Positions 13,321-26,700 of a DNA stretch of 64,000 bases are shown here, in pieces. This DNA is from Eledone cirrhosa (lineage: Eukaryota). Position 1 is the first letter of the stretch. Every line of letters begins with the position of its first letter. Both the position numbers and the translations under genes were made by a program. The stretch is taken from the NCBI GenBank assembly GCA_964016885.1, contig OZ024750.1, positions 14,446,001-14,510,000 on the forward strand, written 5' to 3'. The notes under the pieces are model-generated. The model saw nothing but the letters and a program-made list of their open reading frames with translations. It was not told the origin of the DNA and made no database searches.

Positions 13321-13585
13321 TGTCATTTCCCGTACTGCTGTTCAGTGACAACTTATTTTTATTTTCATGTTTTAACTTAAAGTGATCATTGCTGATTTTC
13401 CAAATTTCATTCAAATATTTCTGTCGAGAAGTATATAAATGCAAGATGACAACATTCGTATCAATCTCATTGATCAATATTTGTTCTAATGCCATTGATA
13501 TAGATAATTAATAGAAAACAAAATTTGTTTTCTCTCGTTTTAATTTATAATAAAACACATGTAACTTCTACAAACATAACATTAC

Positions 13586-13745
13586 CAATCCAATCCAGGG
13601 CTTTCTCATTCTTGTTGGAGGAACCGCTCTCTGGTTGACCTCCATCAGTGTCTGTTTGGTTTTGGTCATGTCAGGGGTGTAGCTGTACTCACCATGCTTG
13701 ATCAATTGCGGGTTGGTGAAGCTATTTAACCCATAGTTGAGGTTA
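13586..13745. repeat. Unclassified dispersed repeat
   Basis: CAATCCAATCCAGGGC...GGGGTGTAGCTGTACTCACCATGCTTG...GGTGAAGCTATTTAACCCAT recurs at 17916-18440 and 23564-23780. Confidence 0.65.
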
Positions 13746-15418
13746 CAAACATTACAGTTACCTGAAAATGATATTTGTTATGAAGAAACTCGTTTAAGTA
13801 ATTCCTTCTGTAATTATGAATGCATGCATGAGTTTTAGGTGGGTTCAGTAATAAATTTTGTCATGTGGAAAGTTGCTCTTGTCTCGTAGCCGTTTGTCTC
13901 AAACCCATAGGCTCATCAGGCTGGTGCATATCCCTGTTTCTGTGGCGTGAAGCAACTGTGAGTTCAAGACTTCCCCTGGACAGGATGGCAGACCATAGCA
14001 GAGTTAAACCCCCAGCTACTGCTGGTACTCATTTTTCAGCTGAAGTGTTTTGCTCAAGAACAACACACAAGTTAGTCCAGGCATTGAACCCACGATATTA
14101 TTATCATAAGTCCAACACCCTTACTACTAAGCCACATGCTTCCAAAGTTATTTAACACGGAGATGTACAATATTTTATGAAACATACTTCATCAGGTCTT
14201 CATTCTCCCGACACTTCCATCTCCAACTCGCAAGAGATAAAAAGGAAATACAATATGCAAAGTAAAATCATTTTGTGAAAAACTGAATTTCTCTTAATCG
14301 TTTTTTTGTCAACAACTGAGAATAAATCAGTATTTTGCTATTTATATCCATCATCAGTACTACATGTCTCCAGAACCAAAACAGCTCTCACTATTTCCTT
14401 CCACTTTTCTGTAAATAGGCAACATTAGGTAGATAGAACTTATATAACAAGCTGTAATTAACAAGCATTTTATTAGAGTCAGTTGCTGAAAAAACACTCC
14501 CCTATGAACCTGGAAAAAAACAGAGAAATCACTCTAGTATATAGCTTCAAACCAAATTGTATGAGAATGATGATTTACACATAAATAATATAATTTTAAA
14601 AATAATAGTGAATTAAATTTTATTACAAAAAAGCTTGACAGCATTTTAAATAGTTCAATTTATGTAACATAATATAAAATAGAAGTTTTTTTAAGTATGT
14701 ATCAATTAATGTTTCTGTTGCATTTCAAAACAATTTCCATACAACCAACTGAATAAAATTACATCTGTATGTGACAATGTTCAATATACAGTTTATTATA
14801 TTTTAGTTTAATTGCTTTCATTCAGACATTTTTCTTTTAAATAAATTTTATTGACTAGTTGGTTTTGAAAATATATCTGCTTGACCAAACTTTTTGTATG
14901 AAAGTTGCTAATTGAAGTCTACAGAGTAATCATGGGGTTTTATGGTTGAATATGTAAGGTATATGATACTCCAGATAGCTCTGTATATGTTAATATAAAT
15001 CCATGAGATAAATTATTGACTATCTCATCCATTTCTATCCATTTTTATTTTCTCGAATAAAGAAGTTCACAGCTTTCCTCATAGGATGAACTTTGATTAG
15101 AAATAAATTGATCTTCCAGTTTGTTTCATATTGCCAATTAACTCAATAATTAATGATAAATAATCACCAAAAGTAAACAAACAATAATTTCATTTCCATC
15201 CATATTCTTTTGGAAAGGAACATGAATACAGTCATTTTTTAAACATTTTGATGTATTTCATATATTATAAAGGAATAATTATATGAAATGTATATGAAAT
15301 AGTATTTCTCATAGATTGATGTAAAGTAAACCATTATGTCAATACTGTGGATATGCTAAAAACATTTACAGAAAGACAATGAAAATTGTGAAAAAAATCT
15401 CTAATTTGGTTATTTTTA

Positions 15419-18400
15419 TTATTCTTTCATAATTTCTTCTAAAATAGATTTCCACCTTGATACATATGTAAAAGGTATTATTAGTTTTGAATCCTGTTCA
15501 TCTGTTATGTTATTATAAAAATAATGATAAATAAGTTCTTCCAGAGAGCTGAACTCAATTTTTGCTTTAAGAAAATATTTGGGTTCCTGCAAAAAGAAAG
15601 AAAATAAATTATAAACAACAATATGGAAATCTGTAAACATTTGACTGAAGCTCACAGAGGTGACAATGAATAATAATGATAATAATAATGAAATTATTGT
15701 GTACAGTGCTCAGGTACACTACAACTCATCAAAGGTGTATGTACAGTACATAGAATAATGTACAAATGTCAGGAAAGTGAACAGTGCATGAGTCATGATA
15801 TACATGTGTGCATGGAGGGGGGATATTAGGTGTAGTGTCGGCGAATTTCAGGAAGCATGGAGGTTTTAAAAGATGCAGTGTCTTGGCAGCTAACAACTGA
15901 TGTAGGTAGTTTGTTCCATGCTTCAGCAACTCTGAGTGTGAAAAAATGTTTCCGAAAGTCATGGGAGTTGTGCTGTTTTCTGACTTTGTAGGCATGTCCA
16001 TGGGTGTTAAACACATGGAATTCAAAAAGGTACTCAGGGCTGTTGTTGGCAAGATGATTAATAATTTTGTGGGTGTATGGAGAGATGCTGTGCTGAAGAG
16101 GACCCATCCCACCCTTGCAAGCAAGGAAAAGTGGATGTATGATGATGAAGATGGCAGGTATTACTCATAAATTATAGGTAAAACCTATCCAGATTAACAT
16201 AAGTAAGAGTAGATAAGGTTGATGTTCCATTTGTGGTTGATATGAAGAGATTCTATAACCAGGATGATGGACTATAAATCAAAGGAGCCAAACATGATGA
16301 TTTATAAAAATCAAAGGAGTAGGGGCATGCACCAGAAGTAAAGAAGATTGTTAAGATTGGTGAGATCTATGAAGCTGATGTTTTTCTTGAACAACTGTAG
16401 GGGGTTCTAGAGAAGGAAGGAGCAGATATAATAATTAATGTATGTCCTGGTAAATGGACACATTGAGCATATGTGTACACTATATATGATATGTTATAGT
16501 GTACCTTGCATATAAACCTCATTTGGTCACATTTCATGAGAGTATCTTGGTCGGTCTATGAACTTTTCAGCTGACCTTCATAAGAGTTAATTCTCTTTGC
16601 CATGGATTACTGAAGATAAGATATAAAGTGTTCATTATTCAGCTTTGAAGCAGATAATTCATAATCATGACTTTCTATGAGTCTGAATCAGAAATGTAAC
16701 TAGGGTATGGCAAACATGGCACATGCTATGAGCCCCACTTGGACTAGGAACACATTCTATTAAAACCTTTGTTGCTATTGGCGAAGAGTGAAAGAACAAA
16801 CTTCTTCAGATATATGATCTGTCTCTGATTATCAGGGGTGAGAAAAACTATGTTGGCTGGATCATCAAACCATTTATATAAATTATTAGGCCCATAGGTA
16901 AAAATAGTGCTGGGGACTACATGACCACATAGGCATACCTCATAGTACGACTTGTCAAATATTGTACAATTATCTGAAAGATGGATGTCAGATATTTGGA
17001 CAGGTGCACATAGGCACTATTTTCTCTAGTGACACATCTAGTCTGAATATGGATAAATCTTTAAAATATTAAATTTCAACTTACTGGAGTATCTTTATAA
17101 AAAATTTGGTACTTTCGAGTCCGAGCTTCTTCAGCACAGAAAAGAAGCAAAGTCTAGAATAAAAAGAAGACAATAAAAGTTTCAAGATTCATTGATATCA
17201 TTGATAAACTAATCCTTCCCATTCTTTCTCTAATACGAATTGTCTTATTGAAACTCCTACCTCTTCCCTATTAATAAGGGGGCACTGTTAGCGCAAAGTC
17301 ATTGAAACTCCTACCTTCCCCCAACTGCATTAATTCCTATTAATAAGGGGGTATTGTTAACACGATGTAGATCAAATAACAATATTATATAAAGATATAA
17401 AGATCTAAACACTTTATATCATCATCCTCATCACCATTTTACGCCCGCTTTTCCTTCTTGCAAGGGTGGGACGAGTCCTATTTGGCACAGCATCTCTCCT
17501 TTGCCATTTCCTCTGTGAGATTCAGCAATCTGAGATCAGCTCTCATCACCTCCACGGTCTTCCTCCACTGTATCTTTCATCCACTGAAATTTCTTGGCAC
17601 TTCTTCACCCAGCGATCATCATCCATGCGCATCACATGGCCATACCAATGCAGTCTTCTCTCCTGCACACTACAGTTTCACTCTCATATGTTCATTATAT
17701 ATTCTGCAATAACAATCTAAACAGTGAATTCTTTAATTTTCCGCAACTGATGTAACTATTAAGTGAAAATGGATCTGTTCTTGGAAGTTGATGTCTTTAT
17801 TAAAGTCATTTCAAAGAATACTGATTTCTTTTCAACATTCAAAATAATTAAAATGTATATAATTTTATTTCAGCATCTAACCTAGGGATGTTTCAATATA
17901 AAAATAAACAGATATCCAATCCAATCCAGGGCCTTCTTACTTCTATTGGAGGAACCCCTCCCTCTTTGACCTCCACCATTTTCTGTTTGGATTTGGTCAT
18001 GTCTTCAGGGGTGTAGTCGTACTCACCATGCTTGGCCAATTGTGGGTTGGTGAAGCTATTTAACCCATGGTTGGGGTGGATGCCTGTTGACTGTGGAGTT
18101 CATCCACCCCTTTTAAACGTTTAGCATTTACATTACTATTTACTATTGTATTTTCTTGGTAAAGGCTTTACCTCACAGAATTATCTCGCATAATATCAAA
18201 TCTATGAGATTTTGATATTATTTATTTTGAGAACAATACCTTAACATCAGTATGAGGGGCCATTTATGGCCAGTTTTAACAGAAAGAGGTGAGAAAATTC
18301 TTGCCGGTTTAAATGCTAATGGGTTAAAGCTCTTGTTTTTTTGTGCTGCTGGGGTTCCACTTACCTTCCTCACCAGACCAGGGTCTTGTGAGGGAGCCAC

Positions 18401-20658
18401 TTTAGTTGCCAACCACTCAACCATGAAGCAGGTTGTACTATATTAAATGATACCAGAAGCATGAGCATGAACTTTGCCCCCACCCCACTCAAATTATTTG
18501 CTTCAGAGAAAACAAAAATAATTACCTTTGGTGCCTCACTATTTTCACTATCCCTAATCATGTAAGCTCCAGGTTCGTTCAGTTTGTTCAATAATCTATA
18601 ATAGCACAAAAACAAAATTAACACAGAAAACAACAAAATATATAGAAAGATCTACTAACCAATCATACAATTATAGTTTTCTTCGCTATATCTATCAGAT
18701 TAGTTTGCAACAGCATCATCACCACCACCCCTCCTCACACTTATCTCTGGGAAGGTTGCAGGAGCAGAGTCCTCAAACACTCCTTTCAGCAGATCTTATT
18801 AGAAGCAACTGTCTCCAATTGATTCAGCTAGATCCCTAAATGAGACCAGATGAGTTCATGGATGTTATCCAACCATCTACAACCATTACTGTCCCACCCC
18901 ACCACCACTACCACCACCAAATATTTTGTTTATAGTTTGTAGATTTTTTTACAGTATATTGTATCTCCAATCTTGGTAGTTTTTTAATCCTTTTGATACC
19001 AACCTGGCCAAAACCTGCCCTCGTTCAATGAAAGACCACCCATTTCAAACCCTATATAAATTTATATCTTCCAACAGTTATATTAGGAACGAAATAATTA
19101 GTCATTTGAGAAAATTCTGCATTAATTAATTGAAAGAGTATTTCATTATAAATATGGTATGAGGGGTTAATGGTTGGCTTAAAAAGAAAACCTACATTAT
19201 AAATATTAATGATTTTAAAAGGTACACTATACTTACTTCATAGAATATTCTTTTGGGCCCTTGAAATGGGATGCCTGCCAGTAATCATCAACCATATTAC
19301 CCTGTTAGAAACAAACAGTAATTAGAATAGCAGCCGGGGTTTGTGTATTGCTTTATAGGTTATGGGATTTGATAGATGACAGGATAAGAAATAAATTATT
19401 TGTTGACGCCTTAACCCTTTAGCTTTTAAACCGGCCATCTCCGGCCAGAATTCTCTCACCTCTTTCTGTTCAAACTGGCCATAACCAGCTACTCATACTA
19501 ACATTAATGTATTGTTCTCAAAATAAATAATATCAAAATCTTGTAGATTCGATATTATGTAAGATAAAGCCTTTACCATGAAAATACAATAGTAAATATA
19601 GAGTAAAGGGTTAAAGCCATTTATAACTCTTTTCATCTTTTCTCCAACAAATATTTTTATAAGACCTGTCCCACCTTTGCAAGCAGGGAAAAGTGGAAGT
19701 AAAATTATGGTCACAGATATAAAAGGGTTATAAAAATTGAATTATTATAATTTATGAGGTGTGCATGCCACAACATAGTGACTTTAAAGTTAAAACTAGA
19801 CAAACTCGGAGACAAGGCAATTTAGAGCAGAAGGACAAGCTGGGGGATTTCTTCACTGGTCACAAATTCGGGGATGTGCTGTTAGATGCTTATAACAGTA
19901 AGGAAGGTGGTATAAAGATTGACAACATAGAACAGAGGGGGATTTCTGATATACTCACCTTTACTGTCGATGATGGAGGATTGTCAGATATTATCTATAA
20001 AAAATAGTATTGTTTCATATTTCAGCAATAATGAAAATTATCATCATCATTAAGAATAACAACTGCTACTGTAGCTACTACTACTGCTACTACTTTCAGC
20101 AATAATGAAAATTATCATCATCATCATTAAGAATAACAACTGCTACTGTTGCTACTGCTACTACTACTACTGCCACTACTACTACCGCCACTGCAGCTGC
20201 TGTGGAGGCATGTGGCCTAGTGGTAAGGAAGTTGGACTTATGATCATAATGTCGTGAGATCGATTCACACTTTAAATGTGGTTGATTGGCCCCCACTATG
20301 AGCTAGGCATGGCGCAGCCAACTGGCCAGGCCTACTTCATAATGGGACCACCCAGATCCATAAAACCCCCAGCCAATTGGCCAGGCATGCCTCACAATGG
20401 TGCCACCCAATTCCACACACTATGAGCAAGGCATGGCACAGCCAACTGGCCAGACATCACTCATAAATGGGATCACCCAGTTCCACACTGTAAACGTGGT
20501 TGGTGTTAGGAAGGGCATCCAGCTGTAAAAATCCCAGCCAAAATACAGCTCCGTTTGAGCAAGTTACGGCCCAGCCAGCTGGCTAGATTGTCTCATAACA
20601 TGGACGACTCGTTTAACCCATGCAAGCATGGAAAAATAGACATTAAATGATGATGATG

Positions 20659-20706
<48 letters not shown>

Positions 20707-23700
20707 GATGGATGCATCTCAATTTAAAGAATTGTCACCACCTGATCCCCTTCTCACACATATGTGGCACGAACATGACTCTTTAGCTTTGCCAAGGATT
20801 TACATTCCTTTCTTCATGTGCTGCTGTGATTGGCATGTGAGTTTTTACTGACTGAGGCTCATTGTTTTCCACAATTCTGACAGGAAGAAATGCCAAAGAG
20901 ACCATAATTAGTAACATTTTGTACATGTCTTTTATGATGACGTCTAAGACCAGCTTTGCTGAAGCAAATCCAACCACACGCATTGCACATAAAGTCATTT
21001 TGGGTATCTGAAAATCCAGGTAAATAAATATCATGTAGACCCTTAGGTAGACTCATTTTTCATGTTCCACACAAGACTTTTCAAATTCCTTTTTCTATTA
21101 AATACTGTTTTCCTCCAAGATGATCAATTTAAGGCAACGGTAGTTAGTTCTGGTTAAGATATTTAATAACTAATATATTAAATTAAATTAATTGTTTCTA
21201 CTTTTGGCACAAGGCCAGCAATTATCCAGTACATTACTGGTACTTTATTTTATCGACCCCATAAGGATGAAAGGCAAAGTTAACCTCGGCGGGATTTGAA
21301 CTCAGAATGGCAAGGGCCGTAACTCTATGCGTCAAAGCATGGCGTCCAACCCTCTACCGATACTGCCAATTCACCGCCCTATATATTAAATTAAATTAAT
21401 GTTGATCCAAACGTTTTTAAGAAACTAAGTATTTAGTTTAGCAGACCAAAAATCAAAGAAGCAAAGAAAACACACCTCAGTTGGTACATAGGAGGAGATG
21501 GGAGCACCTTTCTCAGCAAGTAGCCCTGTTGAAGAACAACCTTCTGGTAATCTCCTTAAAAAAAATTTAAAAAAAAGAAACATCCAGTGAATTGTTTTAC
21601 CTAACAACAAAAATATTTTTCATTTACTCCTTTCTTTAAAAAAAGGAAGAATATAAATAATTGTTTCTACTTTTGGTGCAAGGCCAGCAATTACCCAAAT
21701 GCATTACTGTTACTTTATTTCATTACCCAAGAGAAAAATAGCTTAATTTTAACAGAACAGACAGTTTCTTAATACAAGAGCAGTTGCATAAATATTGTTA
21801 AAGATGTAACTAAACAATTAATTTCTCATTGATTAATGACAGTGTTTTAAGGTTGTTAATGTAAAACTGCATTTGTGAGTTTTATATTGAATAATAATAA
21901 TAATAACACAATAGACCTGACCTGGTGGTTTTGGACAAGGGAAAAAGATCGTGCCTGAATGTGGATGTAGCCTGCCCATTCGACACGAGAGTGCAAGAGA
22001 AGGAGAGGGAGAAAATTAAGGGAGAATGTAAAAGGCCATAACTCTATGCTGCACAGCATGGTGTTTGACACTATCGATACTGCCAATCCTGAAGTTAAAT
22101 TCACCAAATGCAGATATTCCAACACAAATCTACCCCTGTTGAGAAGAACATATTCCAATTCTAATCTCCACAATGTCTGATGAGCAAATCAATTCTAGAA
22201 TCAAGCTTATTGAATCTAAAGGAAAAAACTACACTATCTTTGCTACATGGGAAGAGGTGGAGGGGTGGCTGTGGACTAAATAAACAAACAAATTAAATGT
22301 AGTTCTGGCAAATGTTTGGACTAATATGTATACATGCATGATCTTGTAACTCTTGGGCAAGTCATAGTGGCACCATATGTTAATAAAGAATTTCTTATCA
22401 GCAATTAATAATAGATTCTAAGTCAACTCCAAATACTAGATAGATATATTTCATTCACCTTTTTGTGGTCGTTTTGTTGCCACAACAAAAAACACCCAGT
22501 CCATACTGTAAACTGGTTTTGTAGGTGTCACGACAAAAAACACCCAGTCTATACTGTAAAGTGGTCAGTTGGTGCCACAACGAAAGACACACAGTCCGTC
22601 CTGTAAAGTGGTTGTGTTGGTGCCACATAAAAAAACACCCAGTCCATACTGTAAAGTCGTTGTGTTGGTGATACAACAAAAAACACTGACGAGTGGTTGT
22701 GTTGGTGCCACAACAAAAAGCACTCACTCCACACTGTAAAGTGGTTGGCATTTGGGATGGCATCCAGCTGTGGAAACCAGACCAGAAACAGTTCTGTATG
22801 AGCAAGACACAGTCATCTGATCTGATTTGTCTCACAATGGGACAAGCTGTCTAACCCATGTTAGCATGGAAAAATGGACATTAGATGATGATGATATTTC
22901 ATGTTGGTTATGTCATTTATGAGACGGATAACATTATCCCTGAGTCACATACCTCATTGTCAGTTGCGTTTTATTTTCATTAAATTGTTCTCTTCTTTGT
23001 CTTGAATGAAAAAAAGTGCTCTTTAGTTTGTTTTAACTATTATGGCCAAGCCCATGATGGAGCAATATGTATAGTATATATATTAAAAATAACATTTAAG
23101 TCATCATTTATATGGGAAGACTGACATTATACTTTGGTAAACCATAAATATTTTATTTTCTACTTTATCTGCCTATACATATTTTGTTGCATAGAATTTA
23201 GTGTAAATTTACTTTTCTTTGATTTGTGGTCAAATTTGTTTTATTGTTTAGTTAAAACAGGAAAGGCAGTATCCTTGGCCCTTCTCGGGGCATCCATGGC
23301 TGGTGGGAGGGAAGAAAATATATTCAAACTGGAGACAGCCTGAATGTTTGCAACAGCGTGGATTTCACTAAAGGCACTCAATGGCCATGTGATAGTCAGA
23401 GTAGACTTTATTAAAGGCACTCAATGGCCATGTGATAGTCAGACAGAACTCCACTAAAGACATCCAATGGCCATGTGGTAATCAGAGTAGACTCCGTTAA
23501 AGGCACCCAATGGCTATGTGGTAATCAGAGAGAACTCCACTAAAGGTACCCAATGGCCATGTCTTCAGGGATGTAGCTGTACTCACCATGCTTAACCAAT
23601 TGCAAGTTGGTGCATAGTTAGGGTGGATGGCCGTTGACTCTGAGGAGTTCATCTTCCCTTTAACAGCTCTTGTTTTTTATGCTGCAGGGGTTACACTTAC

Positions 23701-26700
23701 ACTTCTCATTAGACAAGGGTCTGGTGAGGGAGCTGGTTTAGTTGCAGACCACTCGACCATGAAGCAGTTTGTACTGGGTTACATGGTACCAGTAGCAAAC
23801 AGAAGCTTGATCAGATGGGCTAAATATATTGCACTGTAAATTATTCTTCCCAGTTTTAAATAGGGTTTGAAATTGAGTTTTGAGGAAGGAAAGAAATAAG
23901 ACTACAGCCAAAGCAAGTTGGAGAGTTATATGTAGAATTTATAGGAGATTTATTAAAAAAGGTTCCAAAATATATGAAGATACTTACGCTTTGCCTTTTT
24001 CCTTTTTCCATTTGCTCTCCTAAGATGGTAACCGAAAATAACACATTTTATCGAGTTGTTTTATTAAATAATATATATATATATAAAACATAAATAACTT
24101 TACAAACTGCTCACAGTTCTTTCAGAATAACATTATAAATATAATGTCGTTGATAAACACAAATATAAACGTGTATAACAAAATACAACCAACCATCGCC
24201 TGGAACCCCACAAAAACAATGCACCAAAATACATGACCAGAGTGAGTGAAAGAAAAAAAAGAAAAAAAGGCGGGAACAAAAATGACAATTAATTCACCAC
24301 CAAGTGCGACAATCAGCAGCACATCACATCACAAGGGTCAGCGGAACACTTTGTGACAAACCAACATGCTCGCAACATTACCATGGGTGATAGCAAGGCT
24401 AAGATGTTGAAACAACCAGGCACCCTCACAAACATCACCTGACACCTCAGAAGGCAAGCCACCAGCTAAGCAAAGAGATTTGAACTATTGTTCCCCCGGT
24501 TGGCAAAATAAATCATGCAACCATATATGCTGATCTTTAGTCTCATTAATAAGCAATTTCCCTTGTACTGTACCCAACATATTTTGTTTGGGGTGCTCGT
24601 GTTGCCAAATTGTCTAGGAATATACAGATTTCTAGGGGCCCATCTGTTTATTGTTAACAGCAACAAAATTCCCATGAACAGTCTGCTCTCAGCTATCCAG
24701 CAGGCAATCCAATTCCATTCACAACAAATATCGGAATGATCTAGTTTGCCAGCAGACTCAGTGGCAAATCACTGCCACTGAGAACAGCCAGCAAAACCTG
24801 CTGCATCAGCAATTCCTTTTCATAGGTCTCTTTACTCAGAATGGGATGTACTGCTCCTGATTTTGCAGAGGAATATAGCAGTCTGGGAACTGAGGACACC
24901 GAAAGTCTAAATGGTAACTGGCACAAAAAGGAAATGGTCAATCAAGCCAAGTCTCTGTATTTGGATATCTTCCATTCCTCTGTTATGGCAGTGCTGTGGT
25001 TTGTGGTCAAAGTAATATGGTTGGAACCAGAGAACATTTTATAGCATGTGGCGTCCAAAATTGTTGATTTACTTGCCTTGAATGAGGAAGAGAATTATCC
25101 TATTTGGGTGCTTACCACCACTACAGTCAAGGCTGGCAAGTTCCTGATGTGATGGGAAACTGGCCACATCTTGGCTCCTTCTGATGATATCATTCAAGGC
25201 GGTATACCATGGAGCTAACTTGCACAGTGGCAACAAGACAGCAGATGTAGTCTAAACTTAGTATGGCCATGAAGTCACATCAGTGACTCAAACACCTGGA
25301 ATTTCATGCTCAAATCCAATATAAACATTTTAAATGTATTGTTGCATAAATGAAATGATATTGTTTGTTTGTAACTACATAAAATCCCCACTTCCACAAA
25401 AAAAAAAAAAAAAGATTTTTTTTGTTCTCACCTTAACTGTAGGATTAGAATAAAGAGCCCAATATTATCAATTTGTGTTTTATGAAAAGATACAAAGAAA
25501 ATATACATTTTAAAACAATTACAAGAAAACATTAATCTATATATATATAAAGCTGTGGTTGTCTGTCTGTCTATCGATTTTTGGCATCTATATATATAAA
25601 GCTGTGGTTGTCTGTCTGTCTATCGATTTTTGGCACTCATCTCCTCTTAGAATCTCTGACGGAATTGCACCGAAATTGCTATACTTGTACATTGAGCCCT
25701 AGCGAAGACATCGGAAAAAAAATATTTCAAATTGACCCACCCTATGTGACGAAATCGAATCTAATGTATCGATTTTTGAGCGTAAGTGACGAGTTATTCC
25801 CCTTAAAGCTGTGGTTGTCTGTCTGTCTATCGATTTTTGGCACACATCTCCTCTTAGAATCTCTGACGGAATTGCACCGAAATTGCTATACTTGTACATT
25901 GAGCCCTAGCGAAGACATCGGGAAAAAAATATTTCAAATTGACCAACCCTATGTGACGAAATCGAATCTAATGTATCGATTTTTGAGCGTAAGTGACGAG
26001 TTATTTCCCTTTGTTCTGTTTACATTGAGCGTCTTACATTTTCTGCGTGCAAAAATTAAAAAAATTACGCTGGCTTTCTCAGCGTTTAAAATGACATTAA
26101 CACAATACACGAACAGTTGTCGAGCCAGCAAAATTTTGACCTGCAAAATTCATCAGTTCGAACACTAAGCTTCCGTTTTGCTTCATTTCCATTTAAAAGC
26201 CTTTTAAAACAATATTTTTACTTGAAAACAAGTCTATTTAAAGACTACGTAAAACAAGCAAATATTTCGTAAAAAAAAAAGCAAAAATTATATAAGTTTA
26301 TTTAAAATATATGTATCTGTAAATTTCGTTAGGCGTGCAGACAGACAGTCGTGCAGAGAGGTGATATACGCGTGCAGACAGACAGTCGTGCAGAGAGGTG
26401 ATATAGGCGTGCAGACAGACAGTCGTGCAGAGAGGTGATATAGGCGTGCAGACAGACAGTCGTGCAGAGAGGTGATATAGGCGTGCAGACAGACATAACT
26501 GATAATTTGGTTACGCTAATGTTTTTCTCAGCGTTGCAGTGTTTACATTTTCGATCTTTGTTAATAAATAACCAGTGCTGTTTTTATCCCCAGCATCCTA
26601 TTTTGTTATAACATTCGGGTTATCGTTATGTTTTCTTAACTTCATAAGGCATATTGTTGGTTGAGGGAATATTAATCAAAAACACCACATGCAAGTCTGC

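Noticed and set aside
16130-16950. Possible decayed Penelope-type or LINE coding remnant (also 24500-25310)
   Set aside because: Only faint motif resemblance; cannot be supported without a profile search
21476-21554. Alternative frame DYQKVVLQQGYLLRKVLPSPPMYQL for this exon
   Set aside because: Ends in phase 2, but the next exon (19959-19994) is open only in phase 0
25581-26168. 195-aa ORF with internal repeat
   Set aside because: Arises from an internal duplication of a non-autonomous Helitron; no protein motifs
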